A stretch of 63,469 nucleotides of DNA, counting the filler, from Octopus bimaculoides (Eukaryota), in the NCBI RefSeq assembly GCF_001194135.2. It is 5 parts of 3 records of this genome, joined end to end, with 100 filler letters (N's around TTAATTAATTAA, not from the genome) between each part and the next. Parts side by side here need not be neighbours in the genome. Positions count along the whole stretch, not along the records: positions 23,685 to 43,837 come from NC_068995.1; 4 more parts are not named here. One strand, written 5' to 3'. The translations under genes were made by a program, and so were the position numbers. Position 1 is the first letter of the stretch. Every line of letters begins with the position of its first letter. This document shows positions 27,963 to 40,330 of this stretch, piece after piece. Below the pieces are notes generated by a model that did no database searches, was not told the origin of the DNA, and worked only from the letters and a program-made list of their open reading frames with translations.

Positions 27963-28255
27963 ACAGCTTGCGGTGAATAAATTGTCTAGATTACGCAAAA
28001 ATGAAAATACCACTGACATCTCATTTTAATAGATATATTTACCAAAATTACATAAAAATATCTTGAAATACCAAAGACTAAATTTCTTCAATATAACTGC
28101 CATTGGCTTCAATCGACAGCCTCCAGACAACTTCGGAATCTTCCCATCTCTTCTGGATGGTCTCCTTGTTTAAGATAGTGAATGCTGCCAATATCCTGCT
28201 GCTGTTTTTCTTACAGACGGTGCCCAACTGACCCTACTATACTGTAAATAAAACA
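27963..28255 (-). mobile_element. Tc1-like transposon 3' remnant
   Basis: Frameshifted AAFTILNKETIQK..(G)RFRSCLEAV..EANGSYIEEI*, then an AT-rich 3' end finishing in TIR-like ATTTATTCACCGCAAGCTG followed by TA. Confidence 0.6.
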
Positions 28256-28324
28256 ATGCACATGCACGAATTTTTTTAAAATGGTGATAATTTACCCATG
28301 ATACCCTGTGTGTGAATATATATC

Positions 28325-28464
<140 letters not shown>

Positions 28465-30259
28465 ATTATTATTATTATTATTATTAACAAGATATGCCTA
28501 ATGCTTATGCTTTTGTGTATTTTCTGGTGGCTGCAATAACTCTCAAACACTCCCAAACCGTTGGGTGTAAAACACCTCAGACATGGACAGGCGAGATAAC
28601 TCACCTTCAATCCCATTTGGGAATGATGGACACCGGGTGTTTCACCATTTTTGCTGCTTGTCAATACCACTCACCCGCTTGGGTTGAAGGCACCGGAAAA
28701 TGCACTACGGATATACATTAAGTATATGTAGTTAATAATATTTATATTAGAGCTTCTTTTATTTAATATATAAATTTTCTCTTACGTATGCAATTTCCGG
28801 GCATATCAGCCCATCATTGTACAAGCCATGAGCATATACGTCGTGTATGAAGAAAATTCATATTAATAAACTCAACCAGATTACAGCAATCAAATTCATG
28901 TTGGCAGAACAAAATCGTTAAGAAGGGCACAACTTTAGATATTTTGTATCACCTTTAAACAAGGATGAAACTCACTAATAGAGATAGAAACAAGATTCAG
29001 ATTGGCTTCATCGACACCGACGGATCTGAGGGTTATACGCAGTTCGATATATTTTCTTACGAAACCAAAACTGTGCAACACTCTGGAGAGTTCGATCTCC
29101 TTTGTTTTGATTGCGAAATTTGTGCACTCACAGTTGACACAGTAGGAATAATCTAGGCGTACGTTGGCGAGTGCTTCAGAACACTGTTACTCATGAGGTA
29201 TATGAAGCATAAGACAAACAGCTTTGGCTAGTAACAAATTACTAAATATACTGACCAAACAAGATCGAGTCCGTTCTACAGTGAAATAGCGAAAGTTCGC
29301 CTGTTGTGGACCCGCCAAGATACTCTACACCCCGCTGATTCTCTGTTCAAGCCATTCTTTAGTCAGTTCAGTATATGTGAAGCAGGGTAGAAGGCAAATG
29401 TAAAATAGAAAAAAAATAGAAATAATTCTAGCCCAACTACAACAAGGATTGGATAGGTCTCAGTATTGCAGATCATCTGCTAAGGGCGGAGGACAGGAAT
29501 AACTAACGATTGATGTCTGTCCAAGAGTACTCATGGTCATCACAGCAACTGGTCGTGCCAACATATTTAGATAACGACTTGACAGAGTCCGTATGGAGCA
29601 AATAGAACACCTCGAAGTATTCTGTCCAAGCGTCAGCATTCTGTGTGTAAGTTTAACTTAGGTCGTCTTTACTATTCCATCTTTCAAAGTCGATAAAAAT
29701 CAAAAACACAATAGAATATGATTTCTATGCATTGGAGCGTTAGATGGATTTTAGGTAATAATGAGAATTGTTATATATGTTAAACCTCAAAGCAGGTGCA
29801 GTATTTGTTCAGGGTGTTTGTGTTATCAATTTGAATCCCGCTATGATTTATTTGAGGGGTTGAAGTCATCCGTCCCCTGGTAATAAGACTAACACATTGC
29901 ATCTTGTGTGCCTTTAGCAGATTCCACTATTCTCTAAACTTCCGGTGGAGATGTCCTGTTTGGGGAGCAATACAGTTGGGAAATAAATTTGTCAACACAC
30001 CTCCACGCCTGCTCCTAACATTTTTACGCACGTATACCATGTCACATACATACGCTTCCACACACATACACACGAGCGGTAAACATGAGCCAAAGCAACA
30101 AAAAAATATCAGGAAACGAATAAACAATACAAAAAATAACAAAATCATCTAATGACGTATAAAAATCATCTAATCACGTATAAAAAGCGTTCCAGACGTG
30201 ACTATCGAATGGGTTTCGCATATAGCTATACGGTCGAACTATCTAATATTTTCTTAAGA

Positions 30260-30490
30260 GCCAATGAGCTGAAAGAATTGCTTGCGCGCCGGACAAAATG
30301 CTATTCGGTATTTCGTCCGTCTGTTTCTAGTTCTCAGTTCAAATTGGGCTGAGGTCGACTCTGTCTTTCACCCTTTCGAGTCCGAAAACAAAAAATTCCA
30401 GTTGAGCACTGGGGTTCGATGTGATCGGCTAGCTCACTGCCCCCTACTAAATTCCAGGCCTTGTGCCTATCGTACAAAGGATTATCCAAT
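30260..30490 (+). mobile_element. Degraded family A SINE
   Basis: GAGGTCGACTCTGTCTTTCACCCTTTCGAG core and TCCAGGCCTTGTGCCT tail. Confidence 0.7.
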
Positions 30491-30624
30491 GAGAAATGAT
30501 TATCTAATAGGATCTGATTTCATGGGGATTTGGCTGCTAGTTTTGTTTCATTATTTTAAATAAGTTTGAAAAGGATTGTTAACGTCTGTAAACTTTCCTG
30601 AAAGTGCACAAGTACATAAACAGA

Positions 30625-30796
30625 AGTGGCTGTGTGGTAAGTAGCTTGCTTACGAACCACATGGTTCCGGGTTCAGTCACATTGCGTGGCACCTTGGGCA
30701 AGTGTCTTCTACTATAGCCTCGGGCCGACCAAAGCCTCGTGAGTGGAGTGGATTTGGTAGACGGAAACTGAAAGAAGCCCGTCGTATATATGTGTG

Positions 30797-30830
<34 letters not shown>
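30625..30830 (+). mobile_element. Family B (CORE-like) SINE 5' half, running into a gap
   Basis: GTGGCTGTGTGGTAAGTAGCTTGCTT...GGCACCTTGGGCAAGTGTCTT...GGAAACTGAAAGAAGCCCGTCG, then (TA)n. Confidence 0.85.
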
Positions 30831-31636
30831 NNNNNNNNNNNNNNNNNNNNNNNNNNNNNNNNNNNNNNNNNNNNNNNNNNNNNNNNNNNNNNNNNNNNNN
30901 NNNNNNNNNNNNNNNNNNNNNNNNNNNNNNNNNNNNNNNNNNNNNNNNNNNNNNNNNNNNNNNNNNNNNNNNNNNNNNNNNNNNNNNNNNNNNNNNNNNN
31001 NNNNNNNNNNNNNNNNNNNNNNNNNNNNNNNNNNNNNNNNNNNNNNNNNNNNNNNNNNNNNNNNNNNNNNNNNNNNNNNNNNNNNNNNNNNNNNNNNNNN
31101 NNNNNNNNNNNNNNNNNNNNNNNNNNNNNNNNNNNNNNNNNNNNNNNNNNNNNNNNNNNNNNNNNNNNNNNNNNNNNNNNNNNNNNNNNNNNNNNNNNNN
31201 NNNNNNNNNNNNNNNNNNNNNNNNNNNNNNNNNNNNNNNNNNNNNNNNNNNNNNNNNNNNNNNNNNNNNNNNNNNNNNNNNNNNNNNNNNNNNNNNNNNN
31301 NNNNNNNNNNNNNNNNNNNNNNNNNNNNNNNNNNNNNNNNNNNNNNNNNNNNNNNNNNNNNNNNNNNNNNNNNNNNNNNNNNNNNNNNNNNNNNNNNNNN
31401 NNNNNNNNNNNNNNNNNNNNNNNNNNNNNNNNNNNNNNNNNNNNNNNNNNNNNNNNNNNNNNNNNNNNNNNNNNNNNNNNNNNNNNNNNNNNNNNNNNNN
31501 NNNNNNNNNNNNNNNNNNNNNNNNNNNNNNNNNNNNNNNNNNNNNNNNNNNNNNNNNNNNNNNNNNNNNNNNNNNNNNNNNNNNNNNNNNNNNGATCTAT
31601 GTGATATATGTGATACATAATCTTGTTCACACTTAC

Positions 31637-31689
31637 ACGCATATATGCAGGTGGGGTCCCAGGATGGCTGTAGTTCCTGCCTGATACGA
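31637..31689 (-). CDS. Predicted 53-nt internal exon of the minus-strand gene
   Basis: Strong acceptor ttgtttatattcttcag| and consensus donor |gtaagt. Phase 1 to 0 gives (V)VSGRNYSHPGTPPAYMR. Non-repetitive, GC-richer island between gaps and microsatellites. Confidence 0.65.
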
Positions 31690-33247
31690 CTGAAGAATAT
31701 AAACAAGGGTGTTTGTGTGTGTGTGTACGTCTGTGTGTTTGTGTGTGTTTGTATGTGTGTGTGTGTGTACGTCTGTGTGTTTGTGTGTGTTTGTATGTGT
31801 GTGTGTGTGTCCATTGATATATATATATNNNNNNNNNNNNNNNNNNNNNNNNNNNNNNNNNNNNNNNNNNNNNNNNNNNNNNNNNNNNNNNNNNNNNNNN
31901 NNNNNNNNNNNNNNNNNNNNNNNNNNNNNNNNNNNNNNNNNNNNNNNNNNNNNNNNNNNNNNNNNNNNNNNNNNNNNNNNNNNNNNNNNNNNNNNNNNNN
32001 NNNNNNNNNNNNNNNNNNNNNNNNNNNNNNNNNNNNNNNNNNNNNNNNNNNNNNNNNNNNNNNNNNNNNNNNNNNNNNNNNNNNNNNNNNNNNNNNNNNN
32101 NNNNNNNNNNNNNNNNNNNNNNNNNNNNNNNNNNNNNNNNNNNNNNNNNNNNNNNNNNNNNNNNNNNNNNNNNNNNNNNNNNNNNNNNNNNNNNNNNNNN
32201 NNNNNNNNNNNNNNNNNNNNNNNNNNNNNNNNNNNNNNNNNNNNNNNNNNNNNNNNNNNNNNNNNNNNNNNNNNNNNNNNNNNNNNNNNNNNNNNNNNNN
32301 NNNNNNNNNNNNNNNNNNNNNNNNNNNNNNNNNNNNNNNNNNNNNNNNNNNNNNNNNNNNNNNNNNNNNNNNNNNNNNNNNNNNNNNNNNNNNNNNNNNN
32401 NNNNNNNNNNNNNNNNNNNNNNNNNNNNNNNNNNNNNNNNNNNNNNNNNNNNNNNNNNNNNNNNNNNNNNNNNNNNNNNNNNNNNNNNNNNNNNNNNNNN
32501 NNNNNNNNNNNNNNNNNNNNNNNNNNNNNNNNNNNNNNNNNNNNNNNNNNNNNNNNNNNNNNNNNNNNNNNNNNNNNNNNNNNNNNNNNNNNNNNNNNNN
32601 NNNNNNNNNNNNNNNNNNNNNNNNNNNNNNNNNNNNNNNNNNNNNNNNNNNNNNNNNNNNNNNNNNNNNNNNNNNNNNNNNNNNNNNNNNNNNNNNNNNN
32701 NNNNNNNNNNNNNNNNNNNNNNNNNNNNNNNNNNNNNNNNNNATACTCATACAAAGGCATAAATATATGTCGCACACACATATAAATATATACACGCTGA
32801 CACAAACACACAAACACACAAACACAGAGAGAGAGAGAGAGAGAGAGGGAGATTGAAGGGGAGGATGAGAAATCGAGACAGAGAGATAGAGAGAGAGAGT
32901 AAAAGAACGAGAGAGTGAGTGAGAGCGAAAGGGAGAGGGGAGGTGAGAGTGAATCTGATAGGACGTGTAATTTACAGTTTACGAAAATTTCTTGCGTTTC
33001 AAATATTGCCGCTTCTTGGATTGTACACATTCTCGGATTATACACACGCTTTTGGATTATACACCGGTTGCAATATATAATATATATTTATATATATATA
33101 CTACTGAGTTTACATAAGCAGTCCAGCATGAAAATTAAAGAAACTTACTTTTAAAGACTTTTGGTGGTCATATACGCTTATATACTTCGCACATACACGC
33201 ACTCACACACACGTGTACATATATACATACAAACATACACACATACA

Positions 33248-33295
<48 letters not shown>

Positions 33296-33566
33296 CATAT
33301 ATNNNNNNNNNNNNNNNNNNNNNNNNNNNNNNNNNNNNNNNNNNNNNNNNNNNNNNNNNNNNNNNNNNNNNNNNNNNNNNNNNNNNNNNNNNNNNNNNNN
33401 NNNNNNNNNNNNNNNNNNNNNNNNNNNNNNNNNNNNNNNNNNNNNNNNNNNNNNNNNNNNNNNNNNNNNNNNNNNNNNNNNNNNNNNNNNNNNNNNNNNN
33501 NNNNNNNNNNNNNNNNNNNNNNNNNNNNNNNNNNNNNNNNNNNNNNNNNNNNNNNNNNNNNNNNNN

Positions 33567-33605
<39 letters not shown>

Positions 33606-34551
33606 TTTTGATGATTATGCCATGTATTTAGTGATGTACTTAGTTTATTTTGAAATATAAACATACATATATATATGCACATACATACATACAAACATGC
33701 GTATGTATATGCATGAATGTATATTTGTATACGTATATTACGTAGAAACATAAAAATCTTCAGACCTATACACGCACGTACGGATACACACATATATACA
33801 TATAGTCACCTAAATATACATACAAACACACATATAGATACACATATAGATATATTTGCGTATAATTATATGCGTATTTGTGCGCGCATTTAAGTAGATG
33901 TACTTATCCGTGTTCTAACTCACGCACACGCACACATGTACACGTATAAACACACAGACACTCCCTTGCACCGATATACACAACACAACACAACACATTA
34001 ATCATATATTTACATCCAGTCACTTATTCACACGCTCACACACATACACATATATACACGCGCGCGCGCACGCACGCACGCACACATGCATGTACGCACA
34101 AACACAGGAACTCATATATCCAGGTATACACACTTATACGTGCAAACAGCCTGCACACAATATTAAAGCAAGCACGTGCATGCAGAAACAGACGTATACA
34201 CGCTTACACACAGATACGGAAACGTACGCATACAAAACACACCGCATGCAGGACAGTCGCAGTCACATTAGCAGCGACGCACACACACACAGGCAAAAGC
34301 GCACACACATTGATAAACGTCACATACGCATCCACACCTACACACAAACCTGCACGCACATATATAAACGTACACACACAGGCACATACAATGTGAACAT
34401 ATGCAGACATCCATACACAGAATAAACCGTTCGAGCGTCGGTACGCTTCTGCAACTGGACTACTCATATGTTTGAAGTAGTGTCTCTCGCTGTCGCTCTG
34501 TATACATGTGAAGGCACGGCTGCTTAATGCTATTGAAGTGACGCGAGCGCA

Positions 34552-36311
34552 ATGGAATCGGTCAAAGAACTACGTGACTGGTTTGTGAGTAAATGCAAAG
34601 TTACCGTCGCTGCCAATCTGATAACAGGTGGTTGTAGTGGACAGGACAGCCAGGCGAAATATGGGGGTACGTTGGTTACACCCAGTTCAATACCGCAGTT
34701 TATTATTCCTTGCTCAGGAGATGTCTCCCGTCAATCGAGCGAAGAGAAGTTTTCGCAAGAAGATGATGTACGGAGTCAGACCAGCGAAAGCAGTGCTCCG
34801 TTCTCCGATCGAAACAGTCCGGCTGTTTCTCTTAGTGGTTCGTATTCCTGCTTAACCCTACCAAAAAGCCCCATGATGATTCGGTCAGCGCCTGTAAGTC
34901 CTCGCCAAGAACACAGGCCGCGAATCGGTGGACGTAATGACAGACATTCTTTAACAAGTATCGACACATTAAGAGATGACGGTTCCGGACAGCATAGTTA
35001 CGCCGCTTCCAGCCATTCAACCTATTCGCTACCGAGAAGATCTGTGGATGTGTTGGTGCCACATGCGCCGCAGTCGCTTTTTGTTACTAACACGATGGCA
35101 ACTATGTCTTCTGGTTTACTACGCGCTACAGATGGATGTAGTCGATGGGTCGATGAAACTGCCGCGGCTTTCGGCGGAGGTGCATCACATTCTTATAACA
35201 GAGGCGGCTACGATATCAGCTGTAATAGTGTTGGCGGTGGCGGTGGTGGTGGTGGTGGTGGTAGTAGTGGAGGTGGCGTAAGCAGCGGTAGTGGTGCTGG
35301 TTCTGGAATTGGTGTCGGGGGCGGTGCAGCGATCGGTAGCAGTAATAGCTGTTCTGTTCCATACAACGGACGGTACAACAGATCTTCTAAAGCCAGTGCG
35401 GGGCAGCTATCTTTACCTCTTGATAAAAACTCACCATCTTTGTCCGTACATTCCACTTCAGGCTACACAAGAATGGATAAACGTCCTGTCATCTCAGTAT
35501 CGTCTCCTGTGGTAAGTAAAGACGAACGAGGAAGTATGGAATTCCAAGAAAATGGCAGAGATGATGCCACGCCCGGAGCCATGAGTCCTCATAAAAACAA
35601 AATACGTGGTCACAGTTATCATAGACGTCGATCTTCCTTGTCTGATCTGAACGTGGATAGTGCTAAATACTTATCGGATTTAGCTGGACAAGTACCAGGA
35701 TATAAATCTGCCGGACCTTCTCCGACCCCTCGAAGGAAATACCACAAATGTACTTCGCCCTTGATGGAACACAAAACTTTCAACACATTAACACCGTCAT
35801 CTCCTTCTTCCCCAGGTTCATCTTCTGGAACCCGGTTCGAACTGAAATCTGATAGCTCTCTTACAGGAAAGCGGTCAATTTCTCAACTTCAAGCGCACCT
35901 TGTCGCAGAGTTCGGGGAATTAAAGTTCTCTTTCCAGCACCTGCCAGAACAGAGACAGTTTAAAGTACTTTTAATTCGTGCCGAAAACCTCGGAGGAAAC
36001 AAAAGCGACAACCAAATTAACGCGTTCGCTAAAATAAGCCTTAGGCCAGGCAAACAACAAAAAAAGGTTACTGACGTGTTTAAGCATTCCAAGAACCCGG
36101 TTTTTAATAAAGAATACATTTTTTCAAACATTGAAACTAAGGATTTGGCTAAAATGCATCTTAAAATAAAATTAGTAAACAGACAAAAAAACCTTGTCCC
36201 GGAATTTTTAGGCGAAACATGCGTCCATCTGTCAGATTACAATTTATTGGTTGAAAATAGAATGTGGAAAGACCTTGGGCCCAAAAGTAGCGAAGCGGTG
36301 AGTGTACATTA

Positions 36312-36312
<1 letters not shown>
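34552..36312 (+). CDS. C2CD4C: C2 calcium-dependent domain-containing protein 4-like (C2CD4/NLF family), 586 aa single ORF; may instead splice at 36297
   Basis: Long non-repetitive ORF. N-terminal LVTPSSIPQFIIP resembles the C2CD4 motif VLTPDxIPxFxIP. Internal AMSPH and GY...PSPTPRRK resemble C2CD4 AMSLPH and YGF...ESPHTRRK (recalled, not aligned). C-terminal C2 domain: GELKFSFQHLPEQRQFKVLLIRAENL...KISLRPGKQQK...SKNPVFNKEYIF...FLGETCVHL. Confidence 0.8.
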
Positions 36313-36390
<78 letters not shown>

Positions 36391-36426
36391 NNNNNNNNNN
36401 CACACAGAAACACACACATATACACC

Positions 36427-36480
<54 letters not shown>

Positions 36481-36796
36481 CATATTTGTACTATATTTAT
36501 ACATATAATGTTGAACATGAATGCATGTACAGATGTGTTGGAAATACACAGTAATGATTGCAGGTTAAAATATTTTTTATTGCACTTGTTTACATAAATA
36601 ACATCTTACATATGCGTGTGTATGTGTGTGTGTGTGTGTGTGCGTATGTGTGTGTGTGTGTATGTGTGTGTGNNNNNNNNNNTGTGTGTGGCTATAGATT
36701 ACAGTCGATTCTAATGTTCGGTCCTATTGTATTCCAGTTGTAGTATTTTCTATTTCAGAAACATGTGATGCATAACATTTTGTGGAAATCTCCCTG

Positions 36797-36827
<31 letters not shown>

Positions 36828-36988
36828 GTCCATCCGTCCATCCCTCCATCCATCCATCCATCCATCCATCCATACATACATACATACGTACATACATACG
36901 CTCATACATACAAATTCTTTACGGACATGCCTGCTAATTTAGAACGTACGGTTGGTTTTACACACACAGAAACACACACATATACACC

Positions 36989-37042
<54 letters not shown>

Positions 37043-37588
37043 CATATTTGTACTNNNNNNNNNNNNNNNNNNNNNNNNNNNNNNNNNNNNNNNNNNNNNN
37101 NNNNNNNNNNNNNNNNNNNNNNNNNNNNNNNNNNNNNNNNNNNNNNNGTGTGTGTGTGTGTGTGTGTGTGTGTGCGTATGTGTGTGTGTGTGTATGTGTG
37201 TGTGTGTGCGTGTATGTGGGCGTATAGAGGTTTGTGCCAGTGCGCCCGCCTACTATGTATTGATGTATGTCTATTATTTCAGAGACGCGAAAATGAGAGT
37301 ATGTATGTATGTATGTATGTATGTATGTATGTATGTATGTATGTGTGGGAGGGGTGGGTGGTAGGTATCTGCGTGCCTGTGTGCGTGTGTGTGGAGCTTT
37401 TCTCTCTCTCTGTGTGTGTGTGTGTGTGTGTGTGTTTGTGCGCGTGTCTGTCTATGCTTTTGTGCGTGTTTTTTTTGTGTGTGCATAAGTAGATATACGC
37501 TTATATATATATATACAAATTATACGTATATACGAATGTACGATGTGTATATATTTATGCAAAGACACACCGACACACAAACACATAC

Positions 37589-37624
<36 letters not shown>

Positions 37625-38340
37625 GAAGAAAGAAAGGAAGAAAGAAGGAAGGACAGAGAACAGTGTTGACTGTAGAGTGACCATAAACGGGGTCTAGACT
37701 AGAAATGTTTGTACTTAAAGCAATAACGAAGGACGCGAATGCATGCTTCTATTCCTCTCCCCCACCCTCTTTCTCTCTTACTCGCTCTCTCTCATTCTTA
37801 AGCTCTATGTTCCTTTCTGTCACTCTGCCCTCCCCACCCCTCCCTGTATGCTTCTNNNNNNNNNNNNNNNNNNNNNNNNNNNNNNNNNNNNNNNNNNNNN
37901 NNNNNNNNNNNNNNNNNNNNNNNNNNNNNNNNNNNNNNNNNNNNNNNNNNNNNNNNNNNNNNNNNNNNNNNNNNNNNNNNNNNNNNNNNNNNNNNNNNNN
38001 NNNNNNNNTTTCTTTCTTTCTTTCTTTCTTTCGGTGTGCGTGTTTTGAATCTGTCGTTTTCCTTCCGAGCGCGTGTGACAGTGTTTTTTTGCGTATTTCT
38101 CATTGTTTTTCTCCCAATATTTTACCCCCTCTCTGTTTGTGTGTGTGTCTGTGTGTCTGTGTGTCTGTGTGTGTATGTGCGTATGTGTGCGCGCGCGCCC
38201 ATCTGTGTAAAAAAAAAGTATTTAATTAAGTCCACACGGACAAACGTATATACACGAGCGCACACACAGACACGCCTATGTATATATACACACAATGTTT
38301 ATTTATAGATATACATACATGCACTCTCACACACACACAG

Positions 38341-38384
<44 letters not shown>

Positions 38385-38694
38385 TTGAATGTAAGTATAT
38401 AAATAGATAGGTAGTTAGACATACATGCATACAGACAGACTGACAGACATAGACAGATAGGTAAGAAGGTAGATAGATAGATTAACAGACGACAACGCAA
38501 GCCGGTTTCGATCCTCGTTCTCGAGGCATATACTAACGCGCTTAGCGATCGAACCAGCAAACGTTCGATACCTCTCGTTGGCCCTGAATCCCGTTGAGAC
38601 ACACACACGAACGTCAGCCTCCTTATGTCTTGCTGTTGTGAAACCCTTAGCACTTCATAAACACCAGATGTCGTATAAACTTATATCTATTCTT

Positions 38695-38845
38695 TTGTAC
38701 TCTTGGTACAAAACTCGAAATTTTGGGGGAAAGGGGCCAGTCGATTAGATCAACCCCCAGTATGCAACTGGTACTTAATTTATCGATCCGAAAGGATAAA
38801 AGGCAAAGTCGACCTCGGCGGAATTTGAACTCAGAACGTTGAACT
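38695..38845 (-). mobile_element. Family A SINE
   Basis: Reverse complement core CTGGTACTTAATTTATCGATCC...AAAGGCAAAGTCGACCTCGGCGGAATTTGAACTCAGAACG. Confidence 0.85.
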
Positions 38846-38944
38846 TATGCCTATTTATATTCACTAAGTTTATAATATAGGCAATGGAATCAACGGTGCA
38901 TAGTGAGAATCATTAATTGTTTATCTTTTACTTGCTTCTTCTTC

Positions 38945-39153
38945 TTGATTGTGGCCATGCTGGGGCACCGCCTTGAATTGGTTTTGGTCGAAAGAATCGA
39001 CACCAGTAATGTTTTTGTAAGCATGGTGTTTATTCTATCGGCTTTTTATTTTGCCGAACCGCTAAGTTACATAGGCGTAAACAAATCAACAGTATTTGTC
39101 AAGCGGTTGTGGGGACAAACAGACACGCGCGCGTGCAAAGGCACACACACATA

Positions 39154-39185
<32 letters not shown>

Positions 39186-39362
39186 ACGCACACGCACACA
39201 CAAATGCATGAACTTTTTTCGGTTACCGTCTGCCCAAATCTACTCACAAGTGTCGGCGAGAGGTTATATTACGAGACATTTAGCCGAGGTGCCACGCAGT
39301 AGGACTGAACCCGGAACCATGTGGTTGGGAAGCAAACCTCTCGCCACACAACCACGTCCGCT
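38945..39362 (-). mobile_element. Family B SINE, both halves, with internal (CA)n
   Basis: Head at about 39230-39360 (reverse complement of GTGGTTGTGTGG...CCAACCACATGGTTCCGGGTTCAGTCCTACTGCGTGGCACC). 3' half at about 38945-39120. Confidence 0.8.
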
Positions 39363-39536
39363 CCTATTTATGTGTGTTCGTTGTTTTCCAAATCGTCAGA
39401 ACGGGCAATGAACGTCGTGATATTCTCCGTGAAATCTCGAAACCGTATCTTTGAATCCGGTCCATGATGTACGTGGTTTGTGTTTGTGTTTGTGTTTGTA
39501 TATATTTGTGACTCTAGCAGATCGATGTGTCATTAC

Positions 39537-39544
39537 CACGGGAC
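39537..39544 (-). CDS. Candidate 8-nt micro-exon of the minus-strand gene
   Basis: cattgttttttttaccag|GTCCCGTG|gtaatg. Phase 2 to 1 exactly bridges the neighbouring predicted exons. Confidence 0.4.
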
Positions 39545-40201
39545 CTGGTAAAAAAAACAATGATTGCTTTCCGAGAAAGCTTCGATCTTGAATCAAAACT
39601 ACCCGTTATTGACCGGTCACTAATAGAAGTTCATAAGGAACATAATGGATTATTAGAACTACTGTTAGAAATAGCAATCAAATCTTCCTTATATAACGAT
39701 CTCTGTATTCTTAATGAAGGACAAATACGATAATAAAATCACGAGCAAACTATTTCTGAGTAATAACAGCAACAATAACAACAACAAATATATAAAAGAC
39801 GTGATGGTCATTGCTGGAATGTGTTTGATCCCAAATAGGTTTGTTTGACCAGAGGTAGCCAAGGGTTAAACACTAAAAGCGACAATATCAACGATAACAA
39901 TAAGAACAAACGCAAGGTTAGTTTATATGCCTATACCGAAGTAGCTTGGGTTGCAAGTCCTGTTGCTAAGGGCATTAGGTTTGTAAGTAAACCAATATAA
40001 CGACCTTTACCACGACGACCACCACAACATTCACAGGTATCCCGGATGCTGATTGCCTGCGACAGATTAAAGGCGAAATAAAAATAAGGATGTTGTGACA
40101 TTCATGGCTGTCTTAGAAGAATCCTAACACGATTCGAAACCGTAACCTTATTCGTCCATGGTGCTGTTTTGCATTTATGATAAAATAAATATATAGAGAT
40201 C

Positions 40202-40247
<46 letters not shown>

Positions 40248-40270
40248 GTGCTGTTTCTATTCTACTTCGC

Positions 40271-40330
40271 GAATTTTCATCTATCGCGGGGTGTTTTCGA
40301 ATGTAACACCCCGCGATAGTCGAAGGATTT
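40271..40330 (+). ncRNA. Pre-miRNA-like hairpin (candidate)
   Basis: Perfect 15-bp stem CTATCGCGGGGTGTT (40281-40295) / AACACCCCGCGATAG (40305-40319) with a 9-nt loop. It extends by a 2x2 internal loop and roughly 5-8 further pairs including G-U. Confidence 0.35.

Noticed and set aside
29440-29660. Possible LINE reverse transcriptase relic (VMVIT...MEQIEH)
   Set aside because: Similarity is too weak and fragmentary to call without an alignment.
36401-37054. About 90-bp duplicate (36401-36491 versus 36963-37054)
   Set aside because: Both copies abut gaps and are microsatellite-based; probably a contig-end or haplotype overlap.
39521-39733. + strand segment IDVSLPRDLVKK... as the missing second exon of the C2CD4-like gene
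   Set aside because: The phase fits, but the peptide has no C2 features and its 3' part derives from a dispersed repeat (TTAGAAATAGCA.TCAAATCT).
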